This document shows positions 12,214 through 24,976 of a stretch of 50,632 bases of DNA, piece after piece (positions within the stretch are counted from its first letter, which is position 1; each line of letters starts with the position of its first letter). Source of the stretch: Paramecium tetraurelia (Eukaryota); contig CT868039.1 of the NCBI GenBank assembly GCA_000165425.1, forward strand, positions 186,001 to 236,632. Direction: 5' to 3'. The notes under the pieces are model-generated. The model was given only the letters and a program-made list of their open reading frames with translations. It did not search any database and was not told the DNA's origin. Made by a program: the position numbers and the translations under genes.

Positions 12214-14252
12214 ATGCAACCGGTCTAACCTATTGCAGAGGGATAGCGAACAAAAATCATATATACGCTGATTAAGGATCAAAAGTACAGGGAGGCTATA
12301 AATTATTTGAACTACGAGTTGCAATTTTGTCCTAAGAGCAGGGCACTCTCTTTGCTTGCATATTGTCACTACATGAATTAGGATTTCACTTCTGCGGTTG
12401 GGATGTAAGAGATAGTTTAAATAACATAGTTATGAGTAATTGGTGAAATATTATCCTGAGATCGATGATTATAAGATTTATTTGGCCTAGTCGTATTACA
12501 AGGATAGTAAGAAAACAATTTGAAAAATAGGTCTTTACGATGAGGCTTTGAAAGTGTGTGCTTCAATTGAGAATCCACAATATTAGGGCAAGATGGTGCA
12601 ATTGCAAGCTCTGATTCGATACGAGAAGAGTGAATTTCAACACGCGAAGACATTGTTAAAATAAAATAACATGGACGATCCAGACTCAGTCATTAATGAA
12701 GGGTGCATTTTATTCAAGGAGAATAAGTTCGACGAGGCAAGACAACGATTTCAGGATGGAATGAATTTGACTGGTTACTCTTGTGAATTGGCCTACAACA
12801 TAGCTCTGTGTTATTACAAGTAAAAGTAATTGGCTCAATCTCTCAAATACATAGCTGAGATCATTGAGAGGGGAGTAAGAGAAAGACCAGATTTGGGAGT
12901 AGGCTCAAATGCAGAAGGAATCGAAGTCAAGAGTGTTGGTAATTCCTAAGCATTGAAGGAGTCTGCTCTGATTGAAGCCTTCAATTTAAAGGCAGCCATC
13001 GAATACTCTATCAAAAACTATGATGCAGCAAAAGAAGCCTTGGTTGACATGCCTCCAAGAGAAGAGGATGAATTGGATCCCTGTTACTTTGATGAATCAA
13101 GCCTTGATGAACGTAGAGGAGAAAACAGCAGAGGGATTTAAAAAGTTGAATCACTTATTACAAAATCCACCATTCCCTCCTGAGACATTTCCAAATTTAT
13201 TACTTTTGTATTGCAAATATGGGTTATTTTGATATGGCAGCAGACATTCTAGCTGAAAATGCAGATCTCACCTTCAAGACAATTAGTTCCGGATGACTTT
13301 GAATTTGTGGATGCTTTGATTCTCAGTGCAGCCAGTCCAGAAGAATCCTTTAAGAAGTTCTAGATCTTGGCAAACAAACACATTGACACTCTGAGAAGGA
13401 TAACGAAATCAATTCAAGATGCAAGATTGAATAGAGATAACGAGGGAATTAAGAAATCTCTTAAGGAATTCGATGATTGTTTGGAGAAGTTCATCCCTGT
13501 ATTGATGGCATAGGCCAAAATATATTGGGATAAGGATAATTATTCATAAGTGGAGAAACTATTCAGACAATCAGCAGAATTTTGTGCTGATCATGATGTA
13601 TGGAAATTAAATGTGGCTCATGTGTTTTATGTGCAAGACAACAAATATCGAGAGGCCATTCGCTATTATGAACCCATTGTTAAGAAGAATAGTGATAATT
13701 TATTGTCGTTGACTGCAATAGTGGTTGCAAATTTGTGCGTTAGTTACATCATGGTCAATCAGAATGAAGATGCTGAAGAGTTGATGCGTAAATTGGAAAA
13801 GGAAGAAGAGAAATCACAGTATCAAGATCCTGAGAAATCAGTGTATCATCTATGCATTGTCAATTTAGTTATAGGAACACTCTATTGTTCAAAGAATAAT
13901 TACGAATTTGGTATCTCTAGAGTTATCAAATCACTTGAACCATATAACAAGAAAGTAAATTAATAAAATTTATTTTATAGATTAACACAGATACATGGTA
14001 TTATGCCAAGAGATGCTTCCTTGCTTTGATTGAAGTCTTGGCTAAACATATGATTATTCTAAAAGATACCTCCTATAGTGAAATCCTGGATTTCCTAGAT
14101 GCAACTGATTAATGTGGCAAATCTATTCCTTCTGTATTTCTTAATCATCTATTCTTTAGGTTATTAACCCATTGGAACAACTTGATGAGAAACATACAGT
14201 TTCATACGAATCCAGAATGATTAAGAGGATGTTTCTAAAATTAAGAACATGA
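12214..14252 (+). CDS. TTC30: Intraflagellar transport protein IFT70/TTC30 (DYF-1/fleer), TPR protein
   Basis: IYTLIKDQKY..RALSLLAYCHY; EAFNLKAAIEY; DMPPREEDELDPVTLMN; WKLNVAHVF; HLCIVNLVIGTLYCSKNNYEFGISRVIKSLEPY; TDTWYYAKRCFL; three +1 frameshifts at about 13080-13290. Confidence 0.93.
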
Positions 14253-14972
14253 AATTATATATATATATATAATATGTTTCCGAATATATCAAAAATAAGA
14301 ACTAAGTTGTAACAATGAGAATGAATGAATATTAGTTCTGATTGATGAAAGTAGAGAGAATGCTTGAGATATAATTTTGAGTCAAAATTGGATATTCAAG
14401 AATTCTCATCATGGTTATACAATCCTAATTAACCTGAATTATAGGAATATAAGAACAGAAAGTTTATAAGGATGTATAATTAAGAGGAAATGATATATTT
14501 AGAATGAGATGTTATATTTTGGAGTTAAATTGTAAAAAATTGCCTACATTAATTAGGATGATAAATTATGTCATTTTTTTTAATTTAAGAAATTGGAATT
14601 TGGGATTTTTGAATTAGAGATTACAATTTAAATTTAAAAGTAAATTATTATGCAGCACCTGCAATAATTGATGTAGGGAAGAAAAATGGGATAAAATTAG
14701 ATGCATATAATTATTTTAAATCTGATTAAGTACTCTTAGCAATAACTAAATTATTTTGGAAAAGTCTTATGTTACTTTATTATATTAAATATTAATTATT
14801 TTATTCATAGAATTTTAAAATGCATTGAATGATGCAGGATCAAAGTAGTCGATATATATTGTAAATTAATTCTTGACATTAACAATACATAATGACATTT
14901 ATTTATGCTAAAATCAATGAGTTTGGTATCTTAAAACAAATATTAAATTATTTATTTTAAGTTGAAAAACAG

Positions 14973-15955
14973 ATGTAGGTCTTATGCTAATATGCTCTAC
15001 CTTAATTCTACGGTGTATCAAACGTTGTTTCTTTTGTTTATCTTATGACCAAAATCTCAAGGTACATATAAATATATAGCTTAGTTTAAAATCTGACTGG
15101 CCTAACTTACTTATGGGAATCTTGCAATTGCTCTTGAGTCTAACACTTCTAATAATGATTGCCTTCAAAAACAGATTAAAAATACGAAAACCCCATCTTC
15201 TCGGAGTAGCAAGCTGTTTTTCTGCTTTGTCGATTATTTTGGCCATACAAGAGTTTGACCACTATTATCTGCTGTTGATTATCCTTCAGCAATTGGTCTG
15301 TTGCTTACTAGTATCCTTATTGGTTTTGAATAAGAACAGAATCGGAATTGGCATGGTATCACAGTTATATTTGATTGGAATTTTCATTGATGCCTTCTGC
15401 ATTGAGATTTGGTATTAATAGTCGCTATGGTGATAGGCTATTTGAGGACTAATTCAGTTTGAGTAGGGCAATTGCTATTTTTGGATCTGGTGGATTTGGA
15501 TTACTAACCCTATTTCTGATTCTGTTATGTCATTTTAATCCCAAGGGGAAAGTCTAAAATGAATTGCACATCATAATAGGATTTTATCTTTTTTGTGGAT
15601 TGTTCACCTGTTGCAGTATAACGGCTGAACTGGTTAATGTAAGAGTGAATGCTATATTTAGGGTGTTTAGAGCATCTACTTGGTGGATTTGGTGGTTCTC
15701 AAAATCTCGAATGTGTTTTTGGATGTGCTCATATACCCTTTTGTGAAATTTGGCGAGGTTAAATTGGAGAACAAAATGGAACACTTCTAGAATTGCAACG
15801 AGAGACAGGTTGAGAGCGGTGGAATTCAGACGAAGGAAAGTTAGAGTGAATTGGATAGTGCTCTGAAGATTAGGGGAGAGAAGCGAAATGTGGCTAGGAA
15901 GGAGGAGGAACCGGTTACTAACAGGTGGATTCGATGTCTCTTGGAAATTTATTGA
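14973..15955 (+). CDS. Multi-pass (about 7-8 TM) membrane protein, unknown function
   Basis: Successive hydrophobic segments joined by short introns (e.g. gtaagagtgaatgctatatttag), followed by a charged C-terminal tail ending at TGA 15953-15955. Confidence 0.6.
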
Positions 15956-16104
15956 TTAATTTAAATCTCATCTATATTATGATTCGATTTGGTTGGAGAG
16001 CGTGTTGGTGTCTGGTTGGAATAATTTTGTGTTTTATAGGGAGGAAAAGAAAGGCGCAAAAAATTAAAAGAATTTTTAAATCTTGATAAATAAATCCAGA
16101 ACAA

Positions 16105-18018
16105 AGTAGCGTGTTTTAGTTTATTGATTTAGTGTTTAAGTTACCAGGCTATTAGGATCAAAATAGATAACCCCAAAATGGACTTCATATTGCAGATTTG
16201 GAGGACGGAATCACAGAGGAACAATTGTATGTGGAGTTTCGAAAGTTTGGATAGATCAGCTTTGTTAAATTGCACAGGTATGTGATGCAACTATGTGTAG
16301 ATTCCCATTCATCGGGAAGTCCAAGCATTATGCCTTCATCTATTTCTCTTCGTAAGAGGAGGCAAGGAAGGCGAAAGAAGCCATGAATTACAAATAGCTT
16401 CTGAGAGAGCCTATGCGTATCACCTACATTCAGGATTATGATAAAGATGCAAACTTATTCTTCGCAGGATTCGAGTTGACAGTAACACTCAAATAGCTCG
16501 AGGAATTCTTCGTCAAATGGGGACAAGTAGTCAGTGTCAAATTATCAGTGGATGAGAACAAGAAGAGCAGAGGTACTTGAATTGTGCTAATTGAAATAGG
16601 TTACGGATGGGTTCAATTTGAAAAGAAGGAGTAAGCCAATGATTTGTTGACTGAGAGTTAACAAAATGAAGGCAAGGTGCAATACAACGAGAAGACATCA
16701 ATTATCGTGAAGAGATTTGTAAAGAAAGGCACAACTGAACGTGAGGACAATGAGACAGTAACTTATACATCAAGAACTTCTGGACTTCATTGGACACTTT
16801 CGATTTGGAAAACAATCAAGTACGAGAATAGTTGGTATTAATACTTAATTTATATCTGAACAGGAGGCTGAAATGCGTACCAAATTGAATGAATGGTTTA
16901 TCACTTATGGTCCAATAATCAGTGTCTTGGTCAAAATTGATATCGAACGTAAGGCTCCCTTTGCTTTTGTGAGTTTCAGTAGACATTAAGATGCCAAAGA
17001 AGCCTAAAAAACATTAGGTACTACCTTAGGAACCAATGCATAGAAGGATCCATTGAATACTGGCAGAAAGATGTATGTTGGATGGGCACAAACAAAAACA
17101 GATAGAAAATAACTCAGAGATAATAATGTCTATTCAAAATATATTTATGCTGATCACTTGAACAGAAATGTCACTGAGGAAATGATTAGACAAACCTTAA
17201 AAGAGGCTGGCTATGGCGATATCTCCATGGTATTTAGTGAATCCTATTGTATTATAGATTAGATTGGAAAAGATGCAACAAGGATTCTAACAGATCATCA
17301 GAATTGGATACATTGTATTCGATCAAGCCTCAGATGCAAACAAGTTGATCAAATCATTCAAGGAGAATGAAAAGTTCGATGAAATCAAAAAACTCTTTGA
17401 TCAAAATGTAGAGTAAGTTGGTGGCAAGTACTTCCAACATCTTTTCCCTCAACAATCCCAATAGAGAGGACAGAGAAGAACCAACTAAAGACAATCTCCA
17501 ACCAGAAGAATGTACCAAATGCCTCCAGGCCCAGCTTAATTTGCTGCCAGAATGCCATTCCCATTCCCCATGCAATAGTAGAGAGTCCCAGGCGGTGGAA
17601 TGAGAAGACCCTATTAACAACAATTCCCAAATCCCATGAGACAAACTCCCTTACCTCCCCCTGTACAATAGATAGCTGATTTGGCTCCAGTTCAAGCTGT
17701 TGCCTTCGACAAGAGATAAGATTTAGTCGATTTATTGGCTAATATCGAAGCTTTCAAGGCCAAACCTGAAGACGAACAAGTCAAATAATTATAGTAATCT
17801 CTTGTATTTATTATTTTTCTAGAATGATGTTGTATTATAGAATCAAAGCTAAACTAAGTTAAGACATAGAACCTCATTGGAAGAAAGTGAGTGAAGTGCT
17901 TTCAGATCCTTCCAATTACACAATAGATGAAATCCTCGATATGATTAAGAATGAAGATCAATTTAATGAATTAGTAGATGATGCAGTTGCTCAATTAAAA
18001 GAAGAAGCACATTGGTGA
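16105..18018 (+). CDS. Polyadenylate-binding-protein-like multi-RRM protein
   Basis: RRM1 LHIADLEDGITEEQLY..KHYAFIYF; RRM2 ANLFFAGF..KSRGYGWVQF; RRM3 NLYIKNF..FAFVSF..MYVGWAQ; RRM4; Pro/Asn-rich linker; helical C-terminus; ATG split by intron 16106-16132; local frameshift near 16750. Confidence 0.8.
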
Positions 18019-18214
18019 TAAATTTAATGTTTGTTCAAATATAAATATATTTTAACCAAATCTATTGTATAGTGATCTCAATTTAGAAACACTCCATAGT
18101 CATTAATAATAGAGTGAACGATATTTCCATATCCTTTTGTGTGATAATATTAATCCTCAATTACTAACTATATGTAAATTAATGATAAAATGTAAAATGT
18201 AAAATTTAACAAAA

Positions 18215-18465
18215 TCAATTGGCACTTAATATAATATTGTTTATTGGAATGAAAACCAACTTAATAAAGTATCCGACTGCTCCCATAACTGCAAAGCCAA
18301 TAGCACATGATGTTGCGATTTTAATGTACTCTATTTGTTATTGTGCATTCATTTACCTCTTTTATCTGGTTTGGTGCATTTTCTAATAAATCTGTAACTC
18401 TCCTAGCCAAAACCTTGGACATCTTATAATATTCCATTGATTCCATTCAAGGTTTCTTGACTCAT
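18215..18465 (-). CDS. SEC61G: Protein translocon subunit Sec61 gamma
   Basis: [49 protein letters not shown]; one intron. Confidence 0.95.
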
Positions 18466-18564
18466 TTTAAATTTATTATTGAATTCTCACTTGATCATTT
18501 TGCAATTTTATAATCACACTATACGTGTTAAATTAATTTATATAATTAATATGCAATTATATAA

Positions 18565-19619
18565 TCATTTTGGAAATATGCCATTGTCAATCATATTTCT
18601 ATTAACAAATTTCTGCTCTCTATATTGGGTTTGGACTGGTTCAATCGGATTCTTGTAAAACTAACCTAAAAAATAAGATCACTTCAACTATCATACCATA
18701 TCCCTTGTATTGAGTATCATCCATCTCCTTTCTTTTATTTAAGAGCCTGCTATTTTGTCTATTATTGTTGATGTTCTCAGTCTCCTGCATATCGGTGTTA
18801 AAGATATTTGAAGTTTTGTTCTTCATCGAAGTCACTTTGTGTTATTGCACTAATGGATATAAACATTTTCAATACATTAACTAAATTAACTAAGGGCATC
18901 ATCCTACTACTGCTATTATTGCTATGGTTCATGAGCTCGTTGATTAGCATAAGCATTTTCATAAGCGATACCTGTGATGGGATTATATTAGGCCATTGGT
19001 GGTTTACCAGTGTACTATTATTTACTACCACTATTTCCTTGTTTATACTACAAATATTTATATTATAAAAAGATACTTTCGAATAGAGTTCCTCATCATC
19101 ATTTGGTTATTGATAATGATCGTATTTGTTGGATTATTTTAGCATTTGAGGTTGTTCATAATTGTTAGGGTTATTGTTATTTGAATATGGCATTCCATTA
19201 TTGTAATTATCCAAAGCATCCTGGTAATATTAGTCGGGTTGCTTGTACAATGCAGCCAACTCTTGTTTTTTGTTCATTTCTTGAATGTATAACTACTTCA
19301 TGTAATCCTCGTCTTGATTTTACTGATTATGTAATAGAATACTTCAACAACTGGCATGTATGTTTGAGCTTGATAAGAGGGGATATACGAGTTTCTTTGA
19401 TCTTGACCGACTTTTCCTGCAATTTTGGAGTCGCCCTTTCTGGTTTGATCGATGTCCCATCCAATTTAGAATCCTTGTCTGGTGTTTGAATTGTCTGAGA
19501 ATATTAATGTGCAGATACCATTGTATGTCCTGATCGAGTTTTTTTGACCTCCATCATAATGTACTTAATTTTTTGGTGCTCCTCTTGACTAATAAAGACT
19601 TATATATTTTTAAAACCAT
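18565..19619 (-). CDS. Low-complexity Q/N/Y-rich protein, unknown function
   Basis: ATG followed immediately by an intron, then SRGAPKNQVHYDGGQKNSIRTY..GFQIGWD..YNPITG..TSNIFNTD; several 22-31 nt introns. Confidence 0.6.
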
Positions 19620-19744
19620 TGCAATATCTTCTTAGTTTTTAAATTTAATTAATTAACCATCCAATGTTCACATTAAAAATTCAAATATATGTCGTTAATT
19701 ATAAATAAATAATATATAGATTCAAATATCCCCAAGATCATCGA

Positions 19745-22379
19745 TCACTTTATTTATTAATTTATAGTTTTTAATTCAATATTAATTTTAGCAGTGGATT
19801 AGATTTCTGACAATCGGTTTCTCAAGTTGATATCGTCAGCCCCATCCGTATCGTTTCTAAGATTAGTGAGAATGCCTTACTTTAAGAAATTGACATGCAG
19901 CTCCTTTAAGTCAGGCCAAGACCTGATTGAGGACAACATCACAGTCACCGAATTCCCAGAGCCTTGGACGCTTTCAAGACTCAGGAACAATCTCTGTAAC
20001 TCCTTCAATTTGCACAAACCCTTAAACAAAGTTTGGACTCCTTCATCTCCTAAAGGATTGCTAATTGTTTATCAAACAATTACTGATCAAGAATCAAGTT
20101 CACGATCTCTAACTGGGTGGCCTAACCGAAACCGTTGTAGAGCAATTCCATCCCATCCAACCCAATTTGATTCGACCTGAAATTCAAATTGATATTCTTG
20201 AGTTTCTTTTGAGTTGTCAAAAAACGATTAACATATCTCAATCCGAAAGAAGTGCAAGATACACTAGGTTTTTCATAAGTGTGATACGTTACTTCTCAAT
20301 CCAGAACTTCAATTCTCTCAACATTTACGGCATCTCGTGAAAAGCCTTAGCCAAAAACCTTACTCCGTCATCCTCTATTCGATTTTTGGACAAATCAATT
20401 GCTAAAGTACTCAACTTCTGCAATTTCGGCAACACAGATCCAAGCGATTCGCATCCCTTCTTTGTAATTTGATTGCTCCACAGAGTCAAATTCAAGTGTT
20501 TCAACTTATCGCATTTTGACAAGCCCTTAGCGAATTCCTCAACTCCCAAATCCTTGATTTACGAACCCCAAAGAACCAACTCACAATTCTCCAATTCCGA
20601 TATGCTTTCTCCAAGATCATAAAAGCCCTCATTGTGCATTGGATTGCTTAGGTAAGTAGGACTCACAATAAATACTTCGAAAAATTGATGGCCAAATGAG
20701 TCAGGAGTGGTAATCTTTTCAAAGACTGATTCAACAATTTAGAAAGCACTTAATTCATGTAATTGCTTTCGAGATTTAAATCAACCTTCTTTAGTTTGGG
20801 CATGGCACTAAGAACCGTAAAAAAGGCCTCGCAACACTCCATTGGTAAATGGTTTCTTGATTAATTTAGAACTTATACAATCCGAAATCCAATCTCAATT
20901 CCTCCATCTGCACCAGTCCTTCCAAAAGTGGTAAGGCATTATTGATCCCTTCATCTGACAGCTGATTGTTCGATATTTCCAAAGTCAATCGTTTCAAATC
21001 GCTCATTCTCATTATTGCCTTGGTTAGGAACAACAATCCCAAATTCCCCAATTTATTGCTATTGTAAATATAGAGTTTAAACGGTACTTCCACAATTGTA
21101 ATTTTAACTCCTTCAATTTTTGAGCTCTGCTCAGTATCTTTTCGATGGGAGCAATAGTTCTCACATTTAAACAACTCATCTCCAATTTTATTTGTAATGT
21201 AATCATTTAAAAATTTTTGACTTGCTAAGCAATGGTCTCCAAGAATTTAAGCAATTCATCTTGCGACTTGTTTTGCATCCCATTGAGATCCAATTGCACA
21301 TCCTCCTTGTTCTTAATATCCAATTGAAAATCCTCCAAATTAGTGATGGATTGCAGATGTTTGTGGTTTATTTTGGCAGGCTATTTTAAATGATTATCGG
21401 TTACAGATTTCACTTCCAAATAGGATCTCTCCTCGATAATTTGACTTAGTTGCGAGAAGTCGAATCGTTGATCAGGAGAGATATCCAACATCAACTTCAA
21501 AATTTTGGAAACTCCTTTGATTCGAGGATAGAGTTCTTTGACTTTCTTACGCTGTTCTTTCAAGTAAGTATACAGTTTTGTGTCATCGTCAAACAGTTCT
21601 TCTTTTTGCTAATACGAAAGTTGTTAAGGGTACATGTTTTGTAATGTTCTGAGAGGTAGCAAACAACAGGAAGACCAATCCAAGAGAGAAAACGTCACTT
21701 TTGTATGGGTTGTATTTGGCCTGAGGCTTCCTCTTCTTGAAGGCTCTGAAGACCTCTGGGGATTGGTAGGTGACTGTGCCACCGATGGTTCTGGATCTCG
21801 TCTCCTCATCTATGATTTCAGTGCCGAAACCAACCTACGTAGAAAGAGAGGGTCTTACATCGCAAACCTTAAACAGCAGATTCTCGTCGTTGATGAGTAT
21901 AATGTTCTCCGGCTTGATATCTCTATGGGCTATTTTAATTTCCTAGAGATGCGAATGTGCTCGGATCATTGTCACGAAGAAATCCGCCACCTCGTACTCT
22001 TGAAATCTGAACTCCGGATCCGATTGCTTTTTGGATTAGATGTATTGCTGTAAGTTGGTGATGCCCAATTCCATGACAATACAGCCGAAGGTGAATGGAC
22101 TGCATTTAAGAGATAAATGAGTACTTTATCCTGCGTGGTCACCTTCTCATAATAGAAGCTTTCCTCGAAGGATATGATATTTGGATGCGGATTAGCTTTT
22201 ATTTTTTGCAGGATCTAAATCTCTTATTAAAACTTCTCTCTCAATAACGCATCAATCAGCACTTGTTTAATACAACATTTTTGTTTGGTCAATAGATTTT
22301 CAGCCAAATAAACCTCATTCCAAGTCTTGGCAATTATGCTTATATATCGATATTCTGGGTTTATATTACCAGTCATCAT
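19745..22379 (-). CDS. Protein kinase with C-terminal RNI-like leucine-rich repeats
   Basis: CCIK, HPNII, HRDIKPENI, CDVG, GTVTYQSPE, KSDVFSLG; then repeated LxxLxLxLxxNxI units; several introns. Confidence 0.85.
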
Positions 22380-23048
22380 ATTTTTTTAATTATTAAAATA
22401 TTATAATTTACAACATTGTTCATAAATGTTTCCTGGTCAAATCTGACCTACATCCCCCCTCTCATATTCGATGATTCTATCACAATCCTCCCTCCAAAAA
22501 ATACAACCAAATTCTGCTATTTCCATCTCAATATCCTTTCCAAACCCACTTAATTTCTTTTAAACCTTCTACCCACCAAATGCGATGAATTTCTAATTTT
22601 AGATATATTTAAACGTACTATTGGATTATCCAAATCCAATTAATCAAATTTTCTTGAACCAAATAGTATAGTCTGATATCTTGCAGCAATTTATATATAC
22701 GGTTCAGTTTTTAAAAAAAACTCTAAATTATATTTAACCATTTAGAATTTTATAGTACAATATTTTAAACAATCAGGGAGATCATTGAATTTCATTTGTT
22801 AACTTATATTTTTATTATTGTATTGTCTATACTAGATTAATTTCTTTTAAAACCAAAAAATCTCTTTTCAATCAAGCAAAAAAAATACATAATCTCACTT
22901 AGTAATGTAACATTATTACTGATTAAAATTGTTTTAATTAAAAGTACATATAATTTTAATGGACGTATTAATTTAAATAATAGGGTTTAAACAGAGAAAT
23001 ATAATATAACATAATGATTATTGTATATTAATTGATAGAATTCAGAAT

Positions 23049-24009
23049 TCATAAAAAATAATCTGGATTCTGATTCCAAATCTTGGTTTAAGCATTTTTC
23101 ATCTGATTTTCACTTGCTTAAAATATTTTAGCTCTCATCTCCAATTTATCACTGACTTCACATACAGCACCCTGAATTACCACACCTATAACAATAATTA
23201 GGAGCAGAGAAGATTGTCTTTAATTAATCTTTGTATATACTACGATACCCTTCCATGATCACTTGATGTGCTCTAAGAACACAACTCAAATTGTTGGTTT
23301 ACAAGAATTAAGCAAAGACATCCTAACCGAATTCCTTACCCACTCCTCGTTTGCTTTCACCAAACCCTTTTAACTCCTATTCATTTGGGTCATTCCAAAG
23401 TAATTCACACATCTCTCCATTATCAGGGATCTCTGACAATCTGTTTAGTGCTCTTACCTAATATATTTTAAAGCAACACAGTCATACATCATCTAATAAC
23501 TTAGCATCTTAGGCTATTCCACCATGTACACACCACACTTTCTCATCAATCAATGCTGATAATGGCATGTAATCAAATGATTCAGTTAAATATCGCCAAA
23601 TGTTTAAGGAACCATATTTCCTCATGGCTTCATCGTACAATCCAAATGTTTGAGTAAGAATTCGAGATTCGTGATTACCTCTGAGTAGTGTAATTTTGTC
23701 TGGATTCTTGATTTTCAATGCATACAGCAGACAAATCGATTCTATACTGTGGAATCCTCTGTTAACGTAATCCCCCAAGAACAGGTAATTTTGGTCTCCG
23801 ACTTCTCCTGATTGTTTGAAAATCTCAAAGAGATCATATAATTATCCGTGAATATCTCCTACCACAATAACTGGAGGATCAATTCTTTGGACATTTCCTT
23901 CCTCGATGAAGATTTCCCTTATTTTGGCACACAATTGCTTAACGTCCTTCTCCTTCAACAGCTCTCCGTTCTTTAATTTCTCAATCGACTTGTCCAAATC
24001 GGTTTGCAT
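23049..24009 (-). CDS. PPP-family Ser/Thr phosphatase catalytic subunit, PP4/PP2A/PP6 group (PP4-like)
   Basis: [50 protein letters not shown]-terminal PDYFL. Confidence 0.9.
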
Positions 24010-24060
24010 TATTTTTATATATATTTATTTATATATATATGAAATTCTGTAAACAGACAA

Positions 24061-24423
24061 TCAATTAGTTGGTTTGTCCTCGATGGCTTTTTGTTGACTT
24101 GACTCCCATGTTAATCTTTTAATTAATAGTCTTCCCTACAGAGTTGCATTAAACAGATGCATGCAGAACAGAATGTAGCTTTGTGGAGATATCCTTAATG
24201 CCCATCTCATGAACAAGGATGAATAGCCTAATTTTTGAGAGATTCTTACAAACTAACACACATTGCATCTCCTTGCTGATTTTTGCAGGATCTCTATTCC
24301 AATCGTATAATGCTTGAATTGGGAAAAACCAATTGCAAACTGGAGCCCAAAAGTGTGTAGTTTTAGGGCCTGTTGAAGAGTGTACCCAAGTCCAAAACAT
24401 TCCTGATAGGCCTTGCTAGCCAT
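24061..24423 (-). CDS. Mitochondrial pyruvate carrier family protein
   Basis: WVHSSTGPKTTHFWAPVCNW..D..RDPAKIS..YSSLFMRWALRISPQSYILFCMHLFN; one intron; apparent frameshift just after the start. Confidence 0.88.
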
Positions 24424-24976
24424 TCGATTAATATTATTATTATTATTAAATTCAAATCCAACCTCCTTATTAACCATCATAATATCTATATTAGACAAAT
24501 TTCATAAGATCTTAGACGCACTATTAGATCGAAAGGTCTCAAGAAGCATTACTTAATTGTTATAGTGTAATTGGTATCCTTCAGAAGATGTGTGTATCTT
24601 CTTACAGAGATGTATTTATAATAATTAACAAATAAATTATTATAAATATAAGATACTAACTTATATTATAATATAACACATTTTATAATAAATAAATTAT
24701 TTATACCATCTTATTTGATAATTTGTAATTGCAATTGAATCTAATTAAATACAATTCTTTTAATTCCTCAGTAATGGATAGGGTGTGAATTCCACCAAAT
24801 TTGTGAGTCTCCATCTATCCACTAAGAAATCAATCGATTCCCATATGTTGGTCTTCACTTAGTCAAAAACCTAGCAAATCTGCAAACCAATTGAGTATTT
24901 TGCTTGAAAGGAGGAGTTCTACATAATTTTTCCCTTTTTATGTGTTCAGAAACTGAATAATTTAAATTATAATTCA

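Noticed and set aside
15776..15955. Purine-rich stretch resembling a separate small ORF or ncRNA
   Set aside because: Becomes the C-terminal tail of the membrane protein once the 23-nt intron near 15639-15661 is removed
22400..22790. Pyrimidine-rich stretch with open frames on both strands
   Set aside because: No convincing start codon or recognisable motif
24470..24924. Possible minus-strand ORF starting MQNSSFQAKYSIG
   Set aside because: Runs into extremely AT-rich non-coding-like sequence; no supportable gene model
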